From: Blastocladiella emersonii ATCC 22665
Taxonomy: Eukaryota; Fungi; Blastocladiomycota
Direction of reading: 5' to 3'
DNA length: 64,000 nucleotides
Assembly (NCBI GenBank): GCA_025594325.1
Contig: JANHCV010000006.1
Coordinates: forward strand, 1,957,496 to 2,021,495
Position 1 is the first letter of the stretch. The number at the start of each line of letters is the position of its first letter. Below the pieces are notes generated by a model, which did not search any database, was not told the origin of the DNA, and was given only the letters and a program-made list of their open reading frames with translations. The position numbers and the translations under genes were made by a program. This document shows, piece by piece, positions 32,901 through 44,254 of this stretch.

Positions 32901-35900
32901 GGCAGCCACCCGCCCACCGCCGGCCGGTTCCTCGAGCTCGGTCCCTCGCACAACCGCGTCTACGCCGAGTGCCTCCGCACCGCGCGCCGCGAAAATGTCG
33001 CGCTCCCGGCGCTCGACCAGTTCCACGTCGCCGTGCACGCTGCTCACCTCGCCGCGGCTGATGCTGACGTTGCCTCGGCCGTGGACGCGTACTCGGCGCT
33101 CGCCGCGCAGCTTGAGACCCGCGTCGCGTCCTCGATCGCGGCGGCCCTCGTTGCCCTCGCCGCGCTCCCGACCAAGCTCAACCCAGTCGTCCGCTCGCTC
33201 ATGGCGGCGGTGCAGACCGAGCCGAACCAGGAGATCCAGGAGTGCACCGCACGCGCCGTCGCCCTTCTCGCGCGCCTGTGCCGCGGCAAGCCAGTCGTCG
33301 ACAAGGTCGTCGGGAACCTCGCCGTCCTGCTGTGCAGCGACCCGCAGCGCACACCGCTCGTCGTCGCGTACGCCAACGACTCCGCGGTCCCCGGTGGCAT
33401 CCTCACGCTCGTCAAGCAGGACGAGGCGGCCGCGGCGGCCGAGGCTTCCGCCACAGCGGGCGAGGGCCGCGGGCGGCGGTCCGCCAACTCGTCGTCGGGT
33501 CCTGCTGCACCTGCGCCGTCGAGCGATGCCGTCGTCGTGGCAGCTGCGGCGGTCGCTGGACAAGATGTACACGCGGTGCCCTCGACGCCCGGCCAGATCA
33601 CCCACCGCGGCGCGGCCATGACGATCTCGGCGCTCGCAGTCGAGTTCGGCACCGAGCTCTTCGACGCGGTGCCCAAGCTCGCGGAGCTCGTCCAGATCGC
33701 CGAGTTTGCCGCCGCCGTCAAGGCCACCGCTGGGTCGCCCGAGGCGGTCCAGGCGCTCATTGACGCGCTGCAGCTCGTCGCGTCCCTCGCGCCAGTTGTT
33801 GCCAGGCACGCCGTCGGCTCCAGCGTCACCCTGATCGCCGACCAGCTCATCCCGATCGTCGCGCTGCTCGATTCGCCCGCTCCCGTCGTGCGGTACATGG
33901 CGGCGCTCGCCATCGCCGCAGTCGTCGCGGCTGCTCCAGTCACCGCGATGCCCGTCGTCGTCGAGTACGTCGTTCCGCGCCTCTCGACTGCCGGATCCCC
34001 TGACGCAGTCCACGCGCGGCGCGGTGCCGCCGAGACGCTGCACCACGTCGTTACGGCGCTCGACCACGGCGTCCTGCCGTACGCCATCTTCCTCGTGGTC
34101 CCGCTTATGGGCGCCATGTCCGACTTTGACGACGCGGTCCGGCGCGTGGTGTCGTCGAGTTTCGCGACGCTGCTCAAGCTGATCCCGCTCGAGGAGGCGA
34201 TCCCCGACCCGCCCGGGTTCCCGGCGCACCTGGTCGCTCAGCGCGCCGCCGAGCGCGCGTTCCTCGGGCAGCTGCTCGGGACCACGCCCATCGAGCCGTA
34301 CACGGTGCCCGTCGCGCTGCGCGCCGATCTCCGCGCGTACCAGCGCGACGGTGTCGCGTGGATGATGTTCCTCAACCGGTACAAGCTGCACGGGATCCTG
34401 TGCGACGACATGGGCCTCGGCAAGACGCTGCAGACGATCGCAGTGCTCTCGTCGCACCACCACCACGTCAACGGCGGGCTCTCCCTCGTCGTGTGCCCGT
34501 CCACGCTCACGGGCCACTGGGTGCACGAGATCCACCGGTACTCGCCCAACCTCTCGGCCATGTGCTACACGGGGTCGGTCGCCGAGCGCCGCAAGCTCGC
34601 GGCGCAGGTCGCCGCGGGGCTCGCGCCGCGCACCGTGGTGGTGACGAGCTACGAGGTGCTGCGCAATGACGTGGACGTGTTCCGCGGGGTGGCGTGGGAG
34701 TACTGCGTGCTGGACGAGGGCCACGTCATCCGCAACGCCAAGACCAAGGCGACGCGCGCGTGCAAGGCGGTCCGCGCGCGACACCGGCTCGTGCTGACGG
34801 GCACGCCGATCCAGAACAACGTGCTCGAGCTGTGGTCGCTGTTCGATTTCCTGATGCCCGGGTTCCTCGGGACCGAGGCCCAGTTCAGCGAGCGGTTCTC
34901 CCGGCCCATCCTCGCGTCGCGCGACGCGAAAAAGTCGTCGGCCGAGCAGGAGCGCGGCGTCCGCGCGCTGCGCGACCTGCACCGCCAGGTCCTGCCGTTC
35001 ACGCTGCGCCGGCTCAAGGAGGACGTGCTCGACGACCTGCCGCCCAAGATCATCCAGGACTACTACTGCGACCTGTCGCCGCTCCAGGCCAGCATGTACC
35101 GCGATGTGGTCGAGGGTTCCTCATCGGCGGCATCGACGGGCTCCGGTGCAGCTACCGATGGCGACGCGGACGGCAGCAAGAAGAAGCACGTGTTCCAGGT
35201 GCTGCAGACGATGCGCAAGATCGCGAACCACCCGGTCCTGCACCTCCGCGGCGCGGGCGCCGGTGCCGTGGCAGCGGGCGGCAGTGGACCCGCCATGTCG
35301 CAGGCGACGCGCGCGCTGATGCCGGCGGACCCGCGCGCGCTGCACGACCTCGAGCAGGCGCCCAAGCTCGCGGCGCTGCGGCAGCTGCTCAACGACTGCG
35401 GGATCGGCGTGCGTGCCCCGGCGGACGCGACGGCGGCCGAGGGCGGCGCGGCGCCGGGTCACCGCGTGCTCGTGTTTGCGCAGATGAAGCTCATGCTCGA
35501 CTTGATCGAGCGCGACCTGTTTGCGGCGCACATGCCCGGGGTCAGCTACCTGCGGCTCGACGGGTCGACGGACCAGCGGCACCGGCACTCGCTCGTGCAG
35601 CAGTTCAACGACGACCCGTCGATCGACGTGCTGCTGCTCACGACGCAGGCGGGCGGGCTCGGGCTCAACCTCACGGGCGCCGACACGGTCATCTTTGTCG
35701 AGCACGACTGGAACCCGATGAAGTACGTTCTCGTTTTCGTTCACCGAGAACTGGACTCGAACAAAGCTAACCCGTGGTTGCGCGCGTGTGTAGGGACCTG
35801 CAGGCCATGGATCGCGCGCACCGACTCGGGCAGAAGCGCGTGGTGTCAGTCTACCGCCTGATTGCGCGCGGCACGCTCGAGGAGAAGATCATGGGGCTGC

Positions 35901-36157
35901 AGCGGTTCAAGCTGCACATTGCCGGCCAGGTCGTCAACCAGCAGAACGCGGGGCTCGAGACCATGGACACGGACCAGCTGCTCGACCTGTTCTCAGTCGA
36001 CGAGGTGGTCGGGTCGTCAAGCGCGGGTGCTGCTGGCGCCGGAGGCAAGGAGGAGGTGGCAGCGACGGCGGCGGCGGTGCTGCAGGACCTCGACGACCTC
36101 GCGGCGCAGCAGTACGAGGACGAGTACAACATGGACGGGTACCTTGCGTCGCTGTGA
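29936..36157 (+). CDS. MOT1: TBP-associated SNF2-family ATPase MOT1/BTAF1
   Basis: Exons 29936-30466, 30541-35722 and 35794-36157. Motifs [45 protein letters not shown]-like [10 protein letters not shown]; SNF2 motifs [42 protein letters not shown]; then [20 protein letters not shown]. Confidence 0.95.
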
Positions 36158-36242
36158 CCACGCGGCGCCACGACGAAGAAGAATCATGATGGAATATACT
36201 AGTCTCTGTTTGTTTCTGCTGCTTACACGCAATCGATCGGCG

Positions 36243-37931
36243 CTACCGGATGTGCCACCACGGCACGTTCTCGACGTTGGGGAAATCGACGGCGTCGGGG
36301 CAGGTGGTGACGTTGACGCGGTCGGCGGGGGTCATCTTGCGGACCGTGTCGAAGGCGAGGAGCGAGTCGCGCATGAACCACCAGCGGCAGAAGGTGGAGA
36401 GGGGCCAGGCGAGCGTCGCGTCCTTGCTGGCGTCGGCGGCGGCGCACAGATCGAAGAAGGGGGCCGTGTAGGCGTTGAGTTCGGCGAGGTTGGTTTCCAT
36501 GGTGTTCTCGAAGGTGCGCGTGTCCATGTGCTTGACGGGGAGGGCGTCGATGATGGCGAAGCGGCAGTAGCCGTAGGCGCCGCACGCCGGGTACCAGGCG
36601 TTGTCGACGCCCCAGGTGGCGCGCGCGTCCCACGGGATGACGCGCCAGGCGCACGGCCACGCGCCGCGGCTAATGATGGGCAGCATGACCTCGACAAAGG
36701 TCGAGAAGCGGCCGACCTGGCCGCCGTCGCGCTTGCGGACGACTGGGCCCTGCAGGCCGTGCTCGCCCCAGGTGAGCGAGGGCTGGGCAAAGTGGACGTG
36801 GTAGTCCTTGAGCAGCTGGGTGAAGGCGACGGGGTCAAAGTAGGACTCGGGCTCGATGTCGTCGTCCCACAGCCAGATGTAGTCGTAGTTCTGGACCACG
36901 TCGGGGGTGAGGAACCGCTTGGCGAAGTAGAACTTGGTCTGGCCAATGGCGCGCACGGCGACGGCGTTCTTGTACCAGGGGAGGTCGTCCCAGGTGGAGT
37001 TGTCCCAGTGGAAGATCATGAAGGAGAAGTCGGCCATGCCGAAGCGGCGGACGAGGCGGTCGACCATGGGCTTGGCCTTTCTGCCGGCGGGGATGGCGAT
37101 GAGGCCGAGCTTGCGGCGGAGCTCGCGCGGGCGCGGGCCGGCGACGCTGACCATGCGCTCGACGTTGCCGGGCTCGCGGTCGACGAAGCCGTAGGTGGCG
37201 TCGATGACGGAGCGCTGGTGCACCACGTTCTCGGACAGCGAGGTCGAGTGCACGTCGCCGGCGGCGGGGTACCAGGTGCCGGGTGGCGAGGTGGCGGCCG
37301 CGGCAGCGACGGCGGCCGGCCCGCCGCTCACGACGAGGCCACCGTTCCCGCCGGGAGCGCGCACGAGCGAGGGCGGGAGGTAGCCGCCGGCCTCGGGGGT
37401 CGCGGGGGTGGACGCGTAGTAGACGAGCGCGGCGAGGACGAGCAGGGCGGCGAGGGCGGCGGCGGCGGGCCGGGCGGGCAGCGGGACCGAGGCGCCGCCG
37501 GGGAGGCGCAGGCGGCGCTTGCCCCACACGGAGACGGCGGCGGGCTGGGCGAGGCGCAGCAGCGACGGGTGCGGCGATCCGGCGGCGTAGGGGTCGGCGG
37601 TCGGGGTCGCGACGCGGTGCGACGACGAGGAGGAGAGGGGCGGTGGTGGCGGCGGGTAGGCCTTGCGGGTGGTGGCGGGCGACGGGTGCGGCGAGTGGGT
37701 GGCGAAGGGCGATGGCGCGGGCGACGCGGCCGCGGGTCCAGCGGTGGAGAGTGGCGGCAGGTAGGGCATGGCGCCGGGCGCGGGCGCGAAGCCGAGCGGC
37801 GGCAGCGGGTTCGGCGGCGGCGGGGTCGCGGCGGGCGACGGCGCGAGCGACGAGGCCGAGGCGGCGGCCGACGCCACGAGGCGCAGGCGGTCCTCGTTGC
37901 CGCCGTGCGGATGCATGTTGTACATGGACAT
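36243..37931 (-). CDS. DUF707-family putative glycosyltransferase, type II membrane protein
   Basis: Pro-rich N-terminus, one TM segment (AALAALLVLAALVYYA), stem, then LIAIPAG..VDRLVRRF..FMIFHWD..QTKFYFAKRFLTPDVVQNYDYIWLWDDD..QPSL..FVEVMLPIISRGAWPCAW..WGVD. This is colinear with plant DUF707 motifs. The start is taken at MSMYNMH. Confidence 0.82.
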   Translation of the reverse strand: MSMYNMHPHGGNEDRLRLVASAAASASSLAPSPAATPPPPNPLPPLGFAPAPGAMPYLPPLSTAGPAAASPAPSPFATHSPHPSPATTRKAYPPPPPPLSSSSSHRVATPTADPYAAGSPHPSLLRLAQPAAVSVWGKRRLRLPGGASVPLPARPAAAALAALLVLAALVYYASTPATPEAGGYLPPSLVRAPGGNGGLVVSGGPAAVAAAAATSPPGTWYPAAGDVHSTSLSENVVHQRSVIDATYGFVDREPGNVERMVSVAGPRPRELRRKLGLIAIPAGRKAKPMVDRLVRRFGMADFSFMIFHWDNSTWDDLPWYKNAVAVRAIGQTKFYFAKRFLTPDVVQNYDYIWLWDDDIEPESYFDPVAFTQLLKDYHVHFAQPSLTWGEHGLQGPVVRKRDGGQVGRFSTFVEVMLPIISRGAWPCAWRVIPWDARATWGVDNAWYPACGAYGYCRFAIIDALPVKHMDTRTFENTMETNLAELNAYTAPFFDLCAAADASKDATLAWPLSTFCRWWFMRDSLLAFDTVRKMTPADRVNVTTCPDAVDFPNVENVPWWHIR

Positions 37932-38521
37932 GGTGCTGCGTCGGGCGCGCGGGCGAGGGCGCGTTAGGGGAGGAGAAGAAGATGGCGGCGGGCGGGCGGC
38001 CTTGGCGGCCAACGCGGCGGCGCCGCACCGCGTGATGTCCCGCAGCGAGCCGCGCGCGCGTCGCTGTCTCGCACCCGCGCTCATCCCCGCCGACCTCGGC
38101 CCGCCTCCGCGACTCCGCGACTCCACGGCTCCGCGGCTCCGCGACCGCCGATCCCTCTGGCGGAGAGCCGAGTTGCTGGCCCGCCTCACGGCGCCCTCGC
38201 CCGCTCTTCCCCCCACCGTGATCGCGCTCGGCCTCGAGACGCCCACCCGCGTCACCGGGCGGCGGCTTCGACTCAAGCGACCATGCCGCCACCACCTCGC
38301 CCTCGCGGCTCGCTCAACTGCGACCACGGCCATGATCCTGCTGCTGGCGGCCACACGAGGAGCAGCGCGACGGCGACCGGGTCCGCCCGCCCACACGTGA
38401 TTCTCGACGCGCCCCGTTTGGTGCCCTCGCTCGGCGCCTCTCGCTGCATCACCGCTGTTGCGGGCACTCGCTCTCTCCCCCTCAACCGTATACCCCCGCT
38501 ACCTTGCTACGCATCAACGCC

Positions 38522-39929
38522 ATGTTCCGCGCCGGCGCCCCGCTGGCCGCCTCCGCGCGCCGCGCCGCCTTTGCCCACCCGCGCCGCCACGCCTCGCGCC
38601 TGTCGCCGCGCACCGTCCTCAAGTTCTCGGGCAAGTCCTACGCCAGCACCGCCATTGCCCTCGCCGCCGTCGGCCTCTACTTCTACCCGGCCGAGCGCGC
38701 CGACGCCGCCAAGGAGGCCGTCCACGCCACAACCTCGGTCGACTGGGCCGCCGACCAGCTCGCCAAGCGCGCCTGGGCCTACTCGGTCCTCGCCAAGCTG
38801 CCCCTCGACTACAAGCTGAGCCCCGCCGACCTCGCCGCTGCCGCCAACGCCAACGCCGCCGCGGCCACGGCTAACCGCGACGTGCCCGCCAACCAGGTCA
38901 AGCTCAGCGCCTTTGGCCGCGAGATTCAGTTCGACCTCGGCGACATTGACGGCATGATCAACGACGCCAAGACCTCCATTGCCAAGCTCGTCGACAGCAA
39001 CGCCGAGACCCGCTTTGCCCGCTCCGCCGTCGACTCGGCCACCAAGACCCACCTCGACGACGCCAACCGCCTGCCCTTTGGTGCGCATTCCCCCTCGCTC
39101 TGCCCCCCTCCACGCACGCGCGCTAACCCTCGCTCATGTAGCCCGTCCCGAGGTCGGCACCCGCGCCTTCGCCTGGCTCATCGACTCGGCCTTTGTCGGC
39201 CTCGTCGCCGCCCCCTTCTGGGGCACCTTCCTCTACGGCGCCGTCGCCAGCGCCGCGTGGCTGTCCAAGGACTACCTCTTCACCCTCCTCCCCGTCGGCA
39301 ACGGCTCGCCCGGCAACCAGCTCCTCGGCCTCGAAAAGGTCCACGTCGCCACCGCCACCGCTGTACGCCCCGCGACCGCCGGCGCTACCCCCGCCAAGGC
39401 CGTCGACGTCAACGACGTGCTCGCGTCCGAGCTCCCGTCCGTCCTCGGCCACAACACGCTGCGCTTCCTCACCTGGTGCGCCGCCCTCGGCCCCGTCTCC
39501 TCGCTCGCCACCCTCGCCTGGGCCGGCTACGCCCTCTTCAACGGCGTCGAGGAGACCATGGTCGCCTGGGACAAGTTTGCCGGCGTCCAGGTCGTCCACC
39601 GCGCCGACCTCGAGCACTTTGCCACCACGGGCTCCGTGCCCATCCGCACCCGCCAGTCGAGCCAGTTCGCCGTCGACGTCGACCTCGTCCGCGACGGCTC
39701 GGCCACCGCCAGCACGCCCGACCAGCACCGCGAGCTCGTCGGCAAGTTCAAGCTCAACGACCGCACCATCTCGGCCGGCGTCGAGGTCATCCCCGGCGGC
39801 GGCGGCAACGGCCGCCCCAACGCCAAGATCGTCGTCAACTACGTCCGCGACGGCGTCGCGTCGCGCTCGGAGCTCGAGCTCCCCGAGTTTGTCACCATTA
39901 AGGACGACACGTCCTCGCGCAAGAACTAG
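38522..39929 (+). CDS. RDD-domain membrane protein with a mitochondrial-type presequence
   Basis: Exons 38522-39080 and 39142-39929 (61-nt intron GTGCGC..GCTAAC..TAG). RDD-like RAFAWLID..GSPGNQLLGL..AWDKFAGVQVV. The N-terminus is Arg-rich and acid-free. Confidence 0.68.
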
Positions 39930-40309
39930 GAAACCTCCCCCAACCTATACACTACACTTGTTCATTGTCTGATTCGTGCGCTCGTTCGCGGATGAGCAGG
40001 GGCGGGCGACGGCCCGTGAAACGCGGACGCGACAAGCTCGCGGTCGCCCTCCGCGCCGCCGCGCGCCGCGTTCCCCTCTCTCCTCGCCTCCCAACACCCG
40101 CGTTTCTCTTGTTATCGCTGCATTACGCTTCATGCAACTTGTGCTCCACGACTCGACGATTCGACCGTAATCTGCCCACAAACCCGCTTCGGCCACGCTC
40201 TCCCTGCTCCCGCACTTGCGCTGCTCGCTGCTCTCGCCGAGCCCAACTCGGCCTCCCCACCAACAACACCACATCCTACATCCGACGACCCTCGTCAAGG
40301 CCGACCACC

Positions 40310-42512
40310 ATGACGCACCCGAAGCTCGCCTGCGTGGTACGGCCTCTTCCTCCTATGCTGCCCCAGCGGGCCGCCGCCATCGCGTCGCGCTCACCGACCC
40401 GGCCCCGCGCCCCTCTCGCTCGCAGATGGTCGGGCTCCCCGCCCGCGGCAAGACGTACATCTCGCAGAAGGTGCGCGGCTACCTCGAGTGGATGGGCACC
40501 TCGTGCAAGGTCTTCAACGTCGGCATGTACCGCCGCCAGACGGCCGGCGCCAACTGCCGCAGCGACTTCTTCGACCCCACCAACAAGGAGGCCATTGCCC
40601 TGCGCAACGAGGCCGCCACCATGGCCCTGCACGACATGCTCAAGTGGTTCGACGAGGAGGACGGGTGCGTCGCCATCTACGACGCCACCAACACCACGCG
40701 CGAGCGCCGCGACCGCGTCCACAAGGTGTGCAAGGACCACGGCATCGAGGTCATCTTCATCGAGTCCATCTGCCACGACCCCGACGTGATCATCAACAAC
40801 ATCACCGAGGTCAAGGTCTCGGGCCCCGACTACGCTGGCATGGACCCCGAGCTCGCCACCGAGGACTTCAAGGCCCGCATGCGCCACTACGAGAAGGCCT
40901 ACGAGACCATTGCCGAGGAGGACCGCTCCTTCATCAAGCTCATCAACGTCGGCTCGCTCGTCATCGTCAACCTCATCAAGGGCTGGCTGCAGTCGCGCAT
41001 CGTCTACTTTTTGATGAACCTGCACACCCAGCCGCGCCGCATCCTCTTTAGTCGGGTACGCGTTCGTGCTGCACCCATTCGATGCGACCCACACTCACGC
41101 CCTCGCTCCCCCATCAATCACAGCACGGCGAGTCCATGTACAACCAGCTCGGCCTCCTCGGCGGCGACTCGGACCTCAGCCCGCGCGGCCAGCTCTACGC
41201 CCAGTCGCTGCCCAGCGTCATCCGCCGCGCGCTCGGGTCCGCCGAGCAGCCGCTCACCGTCTGGACCAGCACCCTCAAGCGCACGCAGCAGACGGCCGCG
41301 TACCTCGAGTTCACCAAGCTCGCGTGGAAGGCGCTCGACGAGCTCGACGCGGGCGTGTGCGACGGCATGACCTACGAGGAGATTGAGCAGAAATACCCCG
41401 AGGACTACCTCGAGCGCGACAAGGACAAGTTCCGGTACCGGTACCGCGGCGGCGAGTCGTACCACGACGTGGTGGTGCGGCTCGAGCCCATCATCATGGA
41501 GCTCGAGCGGCAGCGCAACATCCTCATTATCGGCCACCAGGCCATCCTGCGCTGCATCTACGCCTACTTCATGAAGATCCCGCACGACGAGCTGCCCTAC
41601 ATCAAGATCCCGCTCCACACGGTCATCTCCATCACCCCGCGCGCCTACGGCTGCGACGAGGAGCGGTACTCGGTCGACATCCCCGCCGTCGACACCCACC
41701 GCGACCCGCGCCGCGCCCACTCGTCCTCGGGCATTGCCCGCTCGCCCTCGGCCAGCCTGTCCGACTCGGCGTCCTCGGCGGCGTCCGCGGCAGCCGGAGC
41801 CGACGCCAACGTCGCCATCGCGAGCAACGGGCTCAAGATCCGCATGTCGGCCACCACGGTGAGCAGCGTGCCCGCCGGCCCGTTCCCGATCAGCCCCGCC
41901 ACGCCGCGCGGGTCCACGGCGGGCGTTGGTGGTGATGTGTCCACGGTTGCTGCTGCCGCTGCCGCGGCGGCGGTGATGTCCGCCTCGAGTCCGGCGCCCG
42001 CGACCAACGGCGACACCGGTGATCCTGCAGCAGCGGCTGCTGCAGCGGGCCTGTCCAAGCTCTCCCTCGTGGATTCCATGTCCTCGCCCTCGTCCACGTC
42101 GCCCGCGCCGTCGATGATCGCGACGACGTCCCCGCTCACCGCATCCCCCGGCTCGCCCACATCCCTCGTTGTCGACACCGCCAGCGCAGCGACCGTTGCC
42201 GCCGCGGCTGCGGCCGTGTCGCGGCCGAGCCACCCGCCCACGCCGTCGCGGTCCGGCACCGCAACGCCCAAGTCCAAGGTCGGCTCGCCCACGGCGGCTA
42301 CGGCAGCGGGTGGGCACTCGCTGGTGCCGCCTGAGAAGCTGGTCAACGCACCGCACCTGGCCGAAGTGGACGCGGCCGAGGCGGGCGCCGAGCCCGGCGT
42401 CAAGGTGACGGTGGTCGAGCCCGAGCCGACGCCCGTGATCCCTGGCCGCCGCGCCCGGACCAGCGACGGCGCCGTCGACGACGCGGTGATTGGCGGGCAG
42501 CTCGTCGACTGA
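40310..42512 (+). CDS. Bifunctional 6-phosphofructo-2-kinase/fructose-2,6-bisphosphatase
   Basis: Exons 40310-40336, 40426-41055 and 41124-42512. Kinase motifs MVGLPARGKTYIS, FNVGMYRR, YDATNTTRERR; phosphatase motifs SRHGES, ELDAGVCDGMTYEEI, GESYHDVVVRLEP and GHQA. Low-complexity C-terminal tail. Confidence 0.94.
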
Positions 42513-42955
42513 GGTCAACTGGTCGCTGGTGCTGGGCGGGCGGGCGGGAACGCAGCCCCCGTGTTGTGAACCTGATACAATGCTATGTTGCGCGAAATAT
42601 CCATGTATCGCCTTCAATCGTGCTCGTGGTTTGGTTTGGCGTGGTTTGGCTCGTCGCGGCGTTGGCGAGTCGGAAACGCATGCTCGAGCGAGCCCGAGCA
42701 CACGTGCCCCTGCAGCAACGCGCGATGCGCCACAACAAGCGACTCAGCGAGCCATCCACCACCTCTCCTCCCTTTGTCAAAACATCCCCTATCTGGCAGC
42801 CAGAAACCCAGACAACTTGCAGCAACAGGAAGGGTACGTCTGTGCGGCCTGAAAGAGGCAGCTGGCGACCCGCTGACGCCTTGCCCTCGTCCATGTGTAC
42901 TCCCGCACGCCCAGCTCGCAACTCGCACCTCGAAACCTCTTCCACGCCATCGACC

Positions 42956-43594
42956 ATGTCCGACTCGACGTTCTTCCTTCCGGAGTTTGCTGCGGCGCTC
43001 GCCCTGCTGCAGGATCCCCGCACTCCCGACTCGGTCATCCAGGACGACGTGGACCGGCGCTCGCTCGCGATTGCCGACCGCGCCGACGGCGCTGACGAGG
43101 ACCGGACCGTCGAAGACCTCATGGACATGCACGCCATCATTGCCCTCTCCCACTACCTCATGGCCGGCCTGCACCGCGCGGTGCCCAACACGATCGACGG
43201 CGCTGCAACGGTGGAGATGGAGCTCGACACGTGGTACTACAGCTGCGTCGCGCGCCTCGAGCTGATCCCCGACCAGCATCTCCTGCGCAAGGCGTTCCTC
43301 CTGCCGTGCCTCGAGCTCGCGCAGCTGCACCTCGACGTGGCGTCGGATCCGGCAGCGCCAGATCGCCCACGCTCGGTCCTCGCCTGGGTCCTCGCCGACC
43401 TCCACCACCGCCTCGCCAAGCTCGCCTCGGCCGCTGGCCTCGACAACGAGGCGTGCGCGTACCTCGCCGCAGCCGAGCCCTACCTCGGCGACGACGAGGA
43501 GCTCCTGGGCCTGCACCGCGAGTGCACCCTGCTCGTGTGCGCGGCCGCGGTCGAACGCCGGTGCGCGATGCGCGAGCCAGTGCGCGAGCACTAG
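42956..43594 (+). CDS. Hypothetical all-alpha protein, 212 aa
   Basis: Single-exon ORF from MSDSTFFLPEF with the genome's typical C/G-ending codon bias and amphipathic helical pattern; no motif recognised. Confidence 0.6.
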   Translation: MSDSTFFLPEFAAALALLQDPRTPDSVIQDDVDRRSLAIADRADGADEDRTVEDLMDMHAIIALSHYLMAGLHRAVPNTIDGAATVEMELDTWYYSCVARLELIPDQHLLRKAFLLPCLELAQLHLDVASDPAAPDRPRSVLAWVLADLHHRLAKLASAAGLDNEACAYLAAAEPYLGDDEELLGLHRECTLLVCAAAVERRCAMREPVREH

Positions 43595-44254
43595 GGCGTG
43601 ACGCGCCTCCACGTGGCGGCTGCGCCTCGCTGTCCGTCGGACCTGCCGCCTCGCTTGCACCCGGCTCGCTCCTCGCTGCCGCTCTCTCTCCCTCTCTCCG
43701 CCAATATGCACACAATACACCCCTTTCATTCGCTCCCCCTATACTGCCATTTCATCGACACCACCCATGCAACCTGCGAGCCGTCGAGCGCGCTGCGACG
43801 GTTATGCTCACCAGCGCCGTGCTGCAACCGTGTCGCTCCTCCGCTCGCCGCACCAGGCCTGATTGCCGTCGACGCGGCCGGCCCGCCCGTCCGTGCGCCC
43901 CATCCACTCCTCGCTCGCTTTGTCGCGGGACTCGCACAACCGACTCGGCGCAGCCGCCCGCGGTCGCCGGCTTTGCTGCCGCCCGCCGCCGTCGCACGGC
44001 ATGGTCGCTCTCCATCACCGCGCACTCCGCTGCCGACGGGAACGAGGACGACGGCAATATGCGCACGAGCAACTCCCGCGCCTCGCCCGCTGCTGGCCGC
44101 GGCGGCACCTCGCCCACCCATCCCTCTACGCTGCTGGTGCCGGCGCCTGGATCCTCGAACGCTTCTTCGCGCGAAAACTCTTCATCGCTCCCGCCGAGAT
44201 TCGTGTCCTCCTCGTCGACGCCGACCCTCGCTCCGCCTGCCTCGCTCGCCAGCC

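Noticed and set aside
26462-34982. Long antisense ORFs (787, 660 and 783 aa; also 499, 701 and 730 aa elsewhere)
   Set aside because: Shadow ORFs of real genes caused by strong third-position GC bias; Arg/Gly/Ala-rich with no motifs.
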